The notes under the pieces: generated by a model
Database searches by the model: none
Told to the model about the DNA's origin: nothing
What the model saw: only the letters and a program-made list of their open reading frames with translations
Source of the DNA: the human T2T-CHM13v2.0 reference genome, Homo sapiens
DNA length: 64,000 bases
Strand: one strand, 5' to 3'
NCBI RefSeq assembly: GCF_009914755.1
Contig: NC_060935.1
Program-made: the position numbers and the translations under genes
In this document: in pieces, positions 51,942-64,000 of the stretch
Position numbering within the stretch: position 1 is the first letter of the stretch
How the letters are laid out: each line of letters starts with the position of its first letter

Positions 51942-54900
51942 CCAATATTCTAGATTTTAAGACATCCAATCTTTAAAATGACTCTTTAGTGAAGAGGAGA
52001 ACAAAAGGAGATACTCACTAAAATTCTGGTATTGTTTAGGAGGGCCATTTCCTGACACACGGCAGCCACTTGGAGCAGTTGGTCAGGCTGGATAAACAGT
52101 GCTAAGCAGGCAACATGGAGCCTCACAGACATGAAGGTGTGGGAAGCAAGCTCTAGCTTGTGAAGACCACCAGGAACCTGACTCCCAGGCATCCTCCACA
52201 CATTAGAGAGCCAAAGCAGTGTGAAGTTGAGTCAGTACTTCATTCTGGAAACTGGAGAGAGATCCAGATAGTTGCTTGTCAAAAGAATAACAATTTGGGG
52301 AAGTGGGAGAAGCAACTTTGAAACAGATGAAACAATATAAAACTCCAATAAACTCAGGTATCACTCTGGAATTAATGGAGGACAAATTGGATTTGCTGTT
52401 AAGTTAAACACCCATCTGCTCACATCCCTGGAGCCCATAAATTTGTGGGGCTGATTAGTTGTTGCCATCCTTAGAGCAGCAGGGGGCTAACCACGTTCCC
52501 TGGAGTTTTGCTACAGACATGGCCCATTCCCTGATGCCTGTCCAGACACCCAAGCTACAGGGGAAGGAAAAGAAATGGAGTTGACCCAACCTGGGGTCAT
52601 CCAAAAAGTTTGGAGGACATAGTGACACCTCATCTTGACCTTTCTGAAAGATGGTGTTGAGGAATCTCCAAACCAATTTAAATTTCACCCACTATTTTTT
52701 TCATTACTACAACAAACATTGCTTTTTCTCATCTATCCAATTATCGTCCTGTCTTTTCCTCAGTCCCCCTCTGCTACCTGACTTGACTCCTCTAACAGCA
52801 ATTCTCTCTGTACCCAAAACGTGAAGCCTTAATATAGGCTCTTCAGCATAATCGCTTCTTAATTAAGTCAGGCTGTGGCTCCGTTTCCCAGAATCGTTTC
52901 CAGAGGGCTTAATTTTACTTCTGCTCAGAATTAATATTTTACATTCTACACTTAAAGAAAAAAGAATGAAAAAAAAAAAAAACTCAGAAGGGGGGAATGA
53001 GAAAATGGTTGAGGGGAAAAGAGAGATCATATTTCAATTCCTATTACAGAAGCATCCGAGCCCCTGTCGTTATTTTCAGCAAGTAACACTCAATTTGTGA
53101 CATTCACTTTAGCAAAACAAAGCATGGATCAAGGTAATTAAATGGCACAGCTCAGAGTGAGTTAAGGGATGATTCTATCAACGGGAGACTCCTGCTGATA
53201 TGACACTTTCCATGTGCCTGCTTTGTTCTGGCCGTGCCAGTCGTGGCCCAGAGGGCTGCAGGAAGCCTGCTGACGGTTCCAGCACATGGTGTACCCGGGT
53301 GTGCGCGGAGCGGCCCAGCATGAGCACTGTGTACTCGTCATGTCAGTAGAAGACCCAGGGGATGAAGGCTGTTAGTGACATTAAGGCCCCTTCCTCAAGA
53401 GCTGGCCAACTCTTGTCCTTTGCCCTGGATCAGTAGTCCCTAGGGCTCTACTCAACTCTCTCTCTCTCTCTCGTGTCGCACAGAAGCTTATGGATACATT
53501 TATCCTGAGATTGCAGTGAGCCTAATCATCTAGAGGGGAGTGCAGGACCCCTAGTCCTACTGAACCACCCTGTCTATCATCCATTCAACTGTTTAAAAAA
53601 TACGCATTGACTTCCTACTATGTGCTGTCTGGTTGCTGGAGCTACAATAACACAGTGCAGAAACGTGTGCTGCCATTACCGAGCCTGCAGATCTGTGGGT
53701 CACAGAATACAGGGCCAGGCTGAGAGTTCACTTGGACAAACTCAGTACTGTGAGAGAGTTGTAAAAGAAGACTGAGAGGTCTCCAGACCTGAGACCAGAG
53801 GTGTGTCCTGAGGGTACACACTACCACAACATGGGTTCTGCTTTGGATTTTGGCAATATGGGCATAATCATGTATGCACAGACATTCTGAACTTCTTTGA
53901 TCATCATTCATTATAAGACGACTTCTGCAGAATCTCCCAGGAGAATACAGAGTGGTGTCAGGGGAATGGATTCAGAGGCCATGGAGCTGGAACTCTGGTG
54001 GTATGGCTTCGGCTGAATGTGCAGGAGGTTGCATGCGACCTCCCCAAGAGATTCCTTCCCTTCCTCTTCAGCTTCCCTTCCTCTCTGCCTCCTAGCTGAG
54101 ACTGATACTGTCATTAGGGGAGGAGCAAAGAGCCAAGGGAGGTTGAAGATGCTCAGAGGGACCCATTAGACTGAGTATCTATTTACCTACTCATGTGGAA
54201 TACATGAATATATGTGATTATACCTAAATAGGTGATCATACCTGAACTTCTCGCTCCAGTGGCTGTGGTGGGATGTTGACAAGCTGCATTCTAGGACCTG
54301 TGACTGGGGCTGCCCCAGGGAGTTTCCCATTCTGTTCTTTTGATTATTAGCCAGATAGTCCCATCAGTCCAGTCTCATGGCCAGCAAACCGTACCAACGG
54401 AGGGGGACTCCTACTACTTAGCCTGCTCTTGCTGAGGGACTGCCCAAATTCATTACTCGCCACAGAAGTTTATTTTCTAAACACCACATAAGATAACAAT
54501 GCGGTATACCAGCAGGAATTGAGAAATCCTTTCATATTTGGATTTTCTTCATCATGGTATATAACTCTTAGAAACATACTTATGATAAGGGGCTTAGGTT
54601 GTAGAATTTCTCAATTTCCTTCCCTAAATATTTTATCAACATGATGGATTTTTCTTAAGAAGATTGAAAGATACATTTTTTTTTTCCTTTGGCCAATTTG
54701 GGTAAGAAGGGAATTTAGTTTTGTTTTGTTTTGTTTTGTTTTCCTAAAAAAAGAATTTAGGATGCTGGCAGTGAGCCCATGTATGTTCAGGTGTTTTATA
54801 ATGGGAATTAGAACCTCTTCATTTATCTCATTTTGTTACACTTGCTACCAAACTCCATCAAGTGCTCCTTCGACAACAGGCAGGCTCACAGCATTGCCAA

Positions 54901-54984
54901 GCGTGTACTCTGTCAAGCTTCTCTGGGTCCACGTTTGGGGATCCTTGTACCCTGTGTCCACATAAAAATGTACCACAGATTGAG

Positions 54985-55160
54985 CCCTGACCAGACTCTA
55001 GGCCCTATTTTAAGTGCATTATTTATAGTAAGTATACCTCACAATAATCACATGAGGTCAATAATATTATTAACCATTTCATAGCTGGAAAATTGAGGCA
55101 TAGAGAAGTAAAGTAACCACCCCAAGGTGATAAGAAAGCAGCAGGGTTTAGTTTTAATGA
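54985..55160 (-). mobile_element. MIR SINE
   Basis: 'cctcacaataatcacatgaggt...ccatttcatagctggaaaattgaggcatagagaagtaaagtaacc'. Confidence 0.8.
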
Positions 55161-55494
55161 CAAGGCCCTGCACTTGAAAATCGTATGAGGCTGCTGCTTT
55201 GTGAGGCCTTCCCAGTAAGAGGGGTCTCCTTTCTCCTCGCCGTGCGTTTGCTCTTCCCAGCCTTTCTGCAATGCTCCCAGTCCTCCTGAGTCAGACACCA
55301 GTGGCTGGAGAGCAAGCAGAGGCAGCAGACGTGCTGGGGAAAGGAGTGAAAGGGCATTGCCTTTCAGTCACGTCAGACACCTTCAGACCTACATGCTAAA
55401 TAGGGAAAGGAGTTCTGGGTATTAAACCAAACCACAGGAAATCTATTCTTTCCCCTCAAGTGAAATCTTACTCTTTTACAGACACTAGTTTTAA

Positions 55495-55700
55495 AAATTC
55501 ACCTCTTCTATGAAGCCTTCATCTAAATATGTACTTTGGCATTCTTCTAGTTCTTACGCCTTTATGTCCATTTTTTTTTACTTATTAGCACATTGTATCT
55601 TTTAAAATATGTGTGTATATATGTTTTTTGTTTTCTCCATTTGATTGGAAGTTCTCCTTCGGAGTGTCAAATGTTCTGTCTTTCATACTTCTTTCAAAGG
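55495..55700 (+). mobile_element. L2 3' relic
   Basis: 'tcacctcttctatgaagccttc...ttagcacattgtat...tttgattggaagttctcc'. Confidence 0.55.
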
Positions 55701-56043
55701 GATCTTGGATAGGTCTGTGGACATGGGGTTATATGGAGCATATGGAATGGATGCACAGCTAATGTTGGGGTTGAATCAAGATCCTAACATCACTCTATAC
55801 CATTAGAAACGTTCATGATGTTTGGCTTTTGCAAAGTGAGATACCAAGGCTTAGCGTCTAACCAAGAATCTAAAGTATGAAACCTAATATCAACCTTAGC
55901 TATAGACATGTCAGTACGGAGCACAGGTGTGAAAGATTTAGAAGCTGCATGTATGTGCATGGTTAGCACAGAGATATTGATAAGAGGATAAGCCCACTTC
56001 CTGGGCAGGCTTCAAGGGCAAATACGCAATTGATCATCTAAGA

Positions 56044-56240
56044 CGGGGTCAGCAAACTGTGCCCATGGGCCCGATCTAACCCATTGCTTCTTTTCATAAA
56101 TAAAGTGTCATAAAAACACAACCACACTCATTCTTTCTCATATGGTCTGTGGTTGCTATCATGAGACAACAGCAGAGCTGAATAGTTGAATCAGAGAATA
56201 GAGGGCCTGCTAGCCTGAAGATCTACTACCTGGCCCTTTT
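56044..56240 (+). mobile_element. MER58A-like hAT-Charlie MITE
   Basis: 'ggggtcagcaaactgtgcccatgggcc...aaataaagt...acaacagcagagctgaatagttg...tactacctggcccttt'. Confidence 0.85.
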
Positions 56241-57479
56241 CTCTATTTCTATTTTTGATGCGTATAAAGAAAAAAGTGGATCCTTTCTTCTAAACTCACA
56301 AAGAAAAAAAATTCTACAAGTCCAGCTTTCTTCCCCAGGCCCTAACCCATTTCTTTTCTCTTCTACTAGTATCAGTTTGAAAAGGAGATCCCCTGAACTT
56401 CTGTTTCTGCAAGTCAATTATTTCTTTAGAATATTCAGTGCCATGGTCTATTTATATGCAGATTTTAGATGAAGTTCCAGATTTTTTATTGTGCTCTACC
56501 TTTTTAGAGGACATTTTAGCATACGTGGTACTAAAATTTTTTGTGTATTGTCTCACACTTAGAATCGTTTTTTTTCAAATCTTGCAATTTAGCCAGGAAC
56601 TTCTAGGGAGATGTAATAACCGTCAGATACCTCCAACAGAAACGTATAGTGGGGAACTGAGAAAAACATGAACTCTAAAGGGGGTTTCAATCTCAGCCTT
56701 ATCAACATTTGGAGTTTTGTTCCGATTTTAACCTACTATTCCCAGTGAGACATATTTCCCAGTTTTCAGTATTGATTTTTATATTATAGAAGACATACAA
56801 GGACGTGCTCACTATTTCTCGGCCACATTCACACTATAAAGTGCTTGCTAAAGAGCATGTAAAGCTCTAGGTCCAGAATTAAATGTGGACAGAACACGCA
56901 AAAGGGGAGATTAAAATAATGCACTGCCTTGCAGGGCTCCCAGGCCTTCGGCTGTGTGTGAAAAGTTTACTCTTCGTACCCTGGCTGTGCCACCTGATAA
57001 CTCGGGGTGAACTCATCTTAAATCCCACACGTTTTCTCAGTGGGATTATATCCCCCACCAACTTTCCTTAACTAAAGGTCAAGGGGATCGTGGAGAGGGG
57101 TCCAGAAATAGCAAGGCAAGTCCTGGAGACTCAGAAGCATTTGATGCAGGGAAAATATGAGCCCTGAGCAAAGAAAGAAATTCAGGGCTTACTTCAGACT
57201 TGAAACTCGCACCATCAAGGATTTCTGTAGCTGCGCGGATGGACATCAATAGGTGATTAAAGAGTGCCAGGCATGGAACAGTGCATCTCTAACCTTCGGG
57301 GATGGCTTCGCAATGGGCAGCCCTACACTGCCTGTGGGCTACTCTGTAAAATATTGTGGAGGGAGGTCATCTGGGGAGTCCCTTAGCAAACAAGGGGACC
57401 CTGAAGAAGGGCAAGTGATGAGAAAAACTTGGGGGTGTGTGATCTGACATACAATCAGCTGCACAGCCTGCCAGGTAAT

Positions 57480-57650
57480 TTTTATATTTTATCTCATTTG
57501 ATTCTTGCCAAAGTTGTGAATTCTATAAATCATGTCCATTTAATAAACGAGAGAATTAAGCCTTAGCAGAGTTAAACAATTTTTCCAAAATTATATGATT
57601 TGTAAATGATGGAACTGGGGTATAAATTCATATGTGATTTTTATATTATA
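57480..57650 (-). mobile_element. MIR SINE relic
   Basis: 'atctcatttgattc...ccatttaataaacgagagaattaagccttagcagagttaaacaattt'. Confidence 0.65.
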
Positions 57651-57769
57651 CCATGCTGGGTCAAAATATTACTGCCCCAGGATTTTTCAGGGACCCAAAA
57701 CAGAAGAAAAAGTTAATGTATGTGTACTTTATAGATATGTTTTATTTAACTATCCAGAAAGGATAGTCT

Positions 57770-58487
57770 TTTTGTTAACTTTTGTTTTGGGTTAAGGGGT
57801 ACATGTGCAGGTTTGTTAATAGGTAAACTCGTGTCATGGGGGTTTGTTGGACAGATTATTTTGTCACCTAGGTGACAAAGCCTAGTACCCAATAGTTATT
57901 TTCTTCTGCTCCTCTTTCTCCTCTCACCCTCTATCTCCTGATAGGTCCCAGTGTCTGTGGTTCCCTTCTTTGTGTCCATGTGTTCTCATCACTTAGCTCC
58001 CACTTATAAGTGAGAACATGTGGTATTTGGCTGTCTGTTCCTGCATTAGTTTGCTAAGGGTGATGGCCTCCAGCTCCATCCATGTTGCCGCAAAGGATGG
58101 GATTTTGTTCTTTTTTATGGCTGCATAGTGTTCCATTGTGTGGATGTACCATGTTTTCTTTATCCAGTCCACCATTGATTCCATGTCTTTGCTATTGTGA
58201 GTCATGCTGGAGTGAACATGCATGTGAATATGTCTTTATGATAGAATGATTTATATTCCTCTGGGTATGTATATATACCCAACAGTGGGTTTGCTGGGTC
58301 AAATGGTAGTTTTGTTTTCAGCTCTTTGAGGAATCACCACACTGTTTTTCACAATGTTTGAACTAATTTACACTCCCACCAATAGTGTATAAGTGTTCCA
58401 TTTTCTCCCCAACCTCACCAGCATTTATTTTTTGAATTTTAATAGTAGCCATTCTGACTGGAATGAGATGGTATCTCATTGTGCTTT
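57770..58487 (-). mobile_element. Older primate L1 (L1PA13-16-like) 3' end
   Basis: 'ggggtacatgtgcaggtttgtt...ggtaaactcgtgtcatgggggtttgtt...agtacccaatagttatt'. ORF 57993-58223 (HTMEHYAAIKKN...ATWMELEAITLS) is the L1 ORF2 C-terminus. Confidence 0.93.
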
Positions 58488-59954
58488 AGAAAAGATGATT
58501 TCAATTCTTAATTTAGGTAATTTCCTTTAGGCATATATTGTGTCCTGCGACAAGTACAGCTTCAGACCTAGTTTCTTTTGATAACATATATTCTTACAAA
58601 CCCCATTTCTTTGTAATACCAACATGCCTTTATTATTCATACTATGAAAAAAGAGGCAGTAACAGTGAGTAGATGGTGGGATGTAAACTATCGTCACACT
58701 CTTGTTTCCTCACTATACTTACTAAAGGGTGGGAAGATATAGAATCTATCATATATTGCATATTTCTCTGGGAGGCCTTTTTAAGGAATATTCAGGAACT
58801 ACTTTTGGTGGCACATCCAGAAAGAAGACATAGAAGAATAAAAACCACCCAGGGTTACATGAATTCAAAGGTAAAGTAAGGACTTGACAAAGAGCAAAGC
58901 ATGAGCCTGAGAAAAAAGCAGGCCCCCTGAGGTCCGCTGATGTTGTGCCCGTGTTTTTCCTCTCATCGAGCACTATGACAGGTGCACGGGGGAAGGTTGG
59001 TCACTCGAACAACTACGTTTGTTCAGATAATCACTGCCACTCAAGCCATAACATTGTAGTGGAAGATGGCAAGCTCAGATCAAGTGACACCTTTCCCCAG
59101 ATCCTGAGCAATAATGATAGTAATTGAAACACTGTGCGTGGCACCCATGAATGGTAAACAGGGGATTTACTTACATCAATTAAATCTAAAAGTTATTGCT
59201 GTGATAATCATATCCAAGTAAAGGGTAGAAAGGGCACCATGGTGCGTCCAGAAACAGAATGCAGTGTCTGTTTATGCATATCGGGGAGGGAGTATGGGAA
59301 TAAGTATTGAACGGGATAAAAAGTGGTCTGAACGTTCCCAAGGCCTTTCCATCACCTGGAGAGAGCTCCATTATTCATAATCCTAAAATGCATGGGCTGA
59401 TAATTGCCTTAATCACCAGAGAAACATGGCTGAGATGTACTGAAATAAGCCATAAAACTCATTACAAGATAACAAGATTCTATCTATTCTCCGAGGTCAC
59501 ACTAGAGTTCCATAAGGTCAAGGAGTTAATCGCCTCGTTCAGCAGAAACACCGTAGATAGTAAACTCTGTATGTGTGTGTTTGGGTGGGGGGAGGCGGTG
59601 CATGTAGTTTAAGCCTTTCTAGGTTCTCAGCCAATACACATGGTGACCAGATAGGTGAAAGGGAAGTGGATGATAGTCCATGAATAACCAATAATTTTGT
59701 GCTTTTTTTCTTCTTAACTTTTGGGGTGAACACTTCTTGTATGCTAGTAATTGTTAAATAGGCTTGTTTTGCAAAGTTAGCATTTCCCAGACTGACCCCC
59801 TTCCCACCTTACGATCTATTCAATTCTAATGACCTGCCCATAGGTCAACAGTGGTGCCAGGGCAGTTGCTCTAGACTTTGAGCAGACACGCTTCTTTCCC
59901 GTTTATCTGATGAAGCACAACACAGACAGTTACACAGGAAGGAAGCAGGAAGCT

Positions 59955-60090
59955 TAGGCATCACCCTTCTCACTGCCTCTGGTTTCTGGAGGAGGGAACA
60001 AGGCCCAGGGAGGTGTAATGCTGTCTAACACCACACAGACTATTCATGGTATAGCAGGACCGTGAGGCAGTCCCAGGTACCATTTCACTA
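59955..60090 (-). mobile_element. MIR relic
   Basis: 'ggagggaacaaggcccagggaggtgtaatg...ccacacagac'. Confidence 0.5.
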
Positions 60091-60409
60091 AGACACCATG
60101 TTCTCTGATAGGCAACGCTGCAAGCAAATGTTCTTTCTTGAAGATGAAATCTCTGGATTCCCCAGTGATTCTAAAAGCAATGCCCTCCTAAATTTGGGGG
60201 GTACATCCTCACAGGTGTGCTAGTCAAGAGGTGTGGACTTAGAGTAACATTGGTTCACTGTGGCGAGGGGCCATTGCTTCTCCTACATTACTGACCTCAT
60301 TGGATGATGTTGGTCTGCATTTGTCTTCTCTTCTCTGCCAGACCTCTGCTCCAACATGGCTCCTCATTCTTTGCCAGAGCTTTTGAAAGTCCGGTCCAGC
60401 CTTCAGATT

Positions 60410-60568
60410 TTGACTTCCCTGGTTTCTCAGTAAAGACTATTTTACTATGAAAAACAGTAAAAATAACAAGACTGCTGAGAAGATGTTTGTGAAGATAAAA
60501 TGAGATTATGTGCCTGGCTCACAGAAAGTTCTCAATAAACAGCCATCATCATCATCACCATCATCATC
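60410..60568 (+). mobile_element. MIR 3' part with a (CAT)n tail
   Basis: 'tgtgaagataaaatgagat...gtgcctggctcacagaaagttctcaataaac' then catcatcatcaccatcatcat. Confidence 0.7.
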
Positions 60569-61476
60569 TATGTAAGAAGGGCTCTGTTGAGGGATATAGG
60601 AACAGTAATTTACTATTTCCCATTATTACTATGCCCTCCCCAGAGGAAATGAGCTTAAACTACATCAGAAAAAAAAATACCAAATTTAAAAAAATTACTG
60701 GGAAATTCTGTTATATAATTTCAAGAAAATATCGAGAAATCTCTTGGCCTCCTTCTTCTTCAGGGGTTGGTAAATGAGTCATTGTTTGGAGACTGGGTGA
60801 CTCCAGTGCTAGCTCCACATGTTTTCTAGGCATTTAGATACTATTAATCTTCAATAAGTTACATATAAATTTAATCTATTGACCAAGATTTCTAGTTTTT
60901 TGCTCAGTTCTTTGTTTTTGGTGCATGTGGTTTACAAATATGTAGATACAAAAGACCAAGAATGCTGTCATTTTTAGTTGAGTGAACAACAAACCTTAGA
61001 TCCTGACTTTTGCAACTACCGACTGTTCTCAAAAGTATTTTTTTAAGTTTGCTTCATAAAAACAATTTAAATTAAGCTCCTCAAATATGCATTTGTTGAG
61101 GATTTACTTTGACAGATACTGTGTAGGTGGTTATTGCAGAATTAATCCTCAGTAAATGTTTTTAATAATCATTTGATTTTCATTTAACACACAGTAAGCA
61201 CCACATAAATTCTAGTTGTGTATAGCTAGTCAAAAAACAAGTTGAATAAATACCAACCAGTTATTAAAAACATTTATGGAGAATTAGCTACTCATTGTTA
61301 TCTGCATTCAAATCAATTGCACATCTTCCATAGTAAACTTTAAGCAAGATTCCCTGGCAGATGCTGTGGAATAAAGCTCATTCACCAGCACTGGTAGGAT
61401 TCTTGGTCATACATTCAGCTCGGGACTAGTGCATTTAAATCTTTGTCTCCTAGGCTGGGGATAAAAAGATCATAAA

Positions 61477-61789
<313 letters not shown>

Positions 61790-61964
61790 TATCATAAAAA
61801 GCAAAATGGATTCCACTCCGGGGGAAGCTTAGGTCAGCTCATCCGCTGTGCTGTTCTGAGGTCAGGGAACAGATAGATACAGGCCCAAACAGCCTGAGGT
61901 GGCCCCCAGCAGAGCTGCTCTTTGTCCTGGAAGCAGACACTCTCCCATCAGAGAATGCTTAGAA

Positions 61965-62130
61965 TACAGACACAGGATTGGGAGCATGTCACTCGAGTTC
62001 TAGACTTATGAGTTAACAACTTGTGACCTTAAGAAAATGACAGCCTTCCCAATATCCATGTCCTCTTGTGTAAAATGGAAATGTAAAAGAAGATTGGCCC
62101 CATAAGGCTTCTGTGAGGATCAAAGAGCCT
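61965..62130 (+). mobile_element. MIR SINE relic
   Basis: 'ttgtgaccttaagaaaatgac...tcctcttgtgtaaaatggaaat...cataaggcttctgtgaggatcaaa'. Confidence 0.7.
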
Positions 62131-64000
62131 AAGAATGGAGGTAAATGGCTATACACATGGAGCAGCACCTGAATAGAGACATGATCATTGTGTTTTTTTT
62201 CTATGAGAAAAGGCTTGAGATAACACTCACAGTTCCTGATGAGGCTTCCTTGGCAACCAGATATATTTACTGGGAAAATCGAGGTACTCAGATTTCCAGT
62301 GGCCACAAACCAGAACAAAGCAAGGTGGTGCCCCAGGCCTTGTTCCCTTGGCCTGGGGCCCAGACCCAAGGTCATGCACAGCTGACAGAAGAACGAGAGG
62401 CTTCAGGGACCCAGGCTCATCTCCTGACATGCTCAACTCACTCTCACAGTTGATGTTTTTGGAAGTTTGCTGCTCAGCACTGTTGTCAAATACTTAGCAG
62501 CCCAACTTGGGGCAAGACAGCAGCTGGCTCACCCTACCTGTGGACAGAGGCAGAGCGGGTTCTGGAGTGGGCAGGGGGATTTGTCAGCATCTGGATTGTG
62601 ACTGGTCCAGCATGCCCTCCCCTGCCTGTTGGGCAGCGGGACTTAGACCTGCTTTCTCAATGAAAACAAGCAAACCAATGAGAATAGACACAATAGGATT
62701 GCTCCACGCTGCAGCAGGGCAGGAATCTGAGCAAGTCGGGGCACTCCAGACCCTCCGATCAGGAAGTACGCCCTGGCACAGGTGGCCATGGGTGGCGGTC
62801 ACTCCGCCTTCAGAAAGCCACTTGGAATGCAACCTGCACAATTGCCTTCATCCTTTACCGCCCTGCCAGATTGTTGACGGAAGCAACCTTATTACCAGTC
62901 TCCAAAACATCTCCATAAAACCCACCGATCACAGACTGTAGCATGATTACAGCCACCCCGCTATTCGACGAGCTGCTGCAATTTCTCCCAGGGACTGGAT
63001 GATGCAGGCTTCCTTCACCAGGTTCCCATGGGTGTGCCCTGTGTGGACCACAGAGCCAGCTCCAGAAAGGAGAAGGCAGGAAAGAAGAGACTTCGGTCCC
63101 TGCTTTGTAGTCTTCCTTTCTTAGGGACCTTTTTTTTGAGGTTATCTTTTTTTTTTCTTCCTTTGTTCTTTCAGTCTCACATGTCTCCCTCCACCTGCTG
63201 TCTCTCAGCCTTCAGAAACAGATGTGGCCCACTGGAAAGACAACCTCACAGTCTTCCTTGCTTCCAGGGGAGGACGGACATCAGCCGGAGGGCCCTGGGG
63301 GAGGGGAAGGCTCAGGCCTCGCTGCCTGCAGCTGCGGAAGAAATCTCTGATGAATTTCAAAACCTGCCTTTGCTTTGGATGTGATCAACAGTCACAGTGG
63401 GGCCTCTGTGTTTTACTATATGAACAAGCTCAGAGGGAGGGAGAAATGCAGCCCCCTGGCTCTGCCTCTCCCCTGCCACAGTGGCTGAGTGGAGGGCAAT
63501 CCTCATCTGTGCAAACTGTGAGATGTTTAGCAGGATGCAAAGCTGGAGCCAGCTTGCTGCTCCTACCCGAGTGCCTGGAACTGAGAGTGTAGGGCACCCC
63601 TGCGTGTGGGGTCCTGGTGGAGCTTCCAGTATGAGAACACAGGTGGGGACCACACCAAAGCACCCCCTCAGAGGGCTCCCCCCGCGGCCTCTTTTCTAGG
63701 CTGTCCTTTGGAGGAGTGGCTTTCGGAATGACCAGGATACATTGGTGATAATTGGGCTGGAAATTATATAATTTCATGCAAGTAAAATTCCTGTCTCAGG
63801 TTGTTACAGCCTCCAGCCTTATCAGGAAGGTGGGCAGGTGCTCATTGAAGGTGTTTGCTCAATATTTGTCGATTAAGCTCAACAATACCTTCTTCTCCAT
63901 CAGCAACAATGTGACTGTCTCTTGGCTTCCCTGCCCGTCAGATGGAGAGTTCATTCATTGATTAATTCAACAGACAGCTCTCATGTGTACAGGACTGTAA

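Noticed and set aside
60508-60777. ORF with a poly-His run
   Set aside because: The (CAT)n tail of a MIR element, not a protein motif.

Overview
Primate (most likely human or great-ape) non-coding genomic DNA, either a large intron or an intergenic tract. I could not identify the locus. I see no protein-coding exon, RNA gene, processed pseudogene, CRISPR array or prokaryote-type system. The ORF-track peptides I examined are Alu/L1 read-through, microsatellite translation or short chance ORFs. The window is a mosaic of recognisable repeats: 13 Alus (J, S and Y lineages, most with visible target-site duplications), L1PA/L1MB/L1ME/HAL1 fragments, many MIR and L2 relics, MLT1 and MLT2A LTRs, and Tigger and hAT-Charlie DNA transposons. 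It also holds several STRs and a 27-bp minisatellite, interleaved with repeat-free, homeobox-motif-rich blocks that look like enhancers. The best leads are modest: (1) an intact MLT2A solo LTR with a canonical DUX4/OTX-type site, splice donor and polyA signal; (2) a textbook 87-nt minus-strand intron suggesting a spliced non-coding transcript; (3) a near-perfect 5x27-bp VNTR inside an old MLT1 LTR; (4) p53-family half-site palindromes at exact 27-bp spacing. Repeat subfamily calls come from remembered consensus sequences, and boundaries of old elements are approximate. I found no evidence of a previously undescribed biological system.
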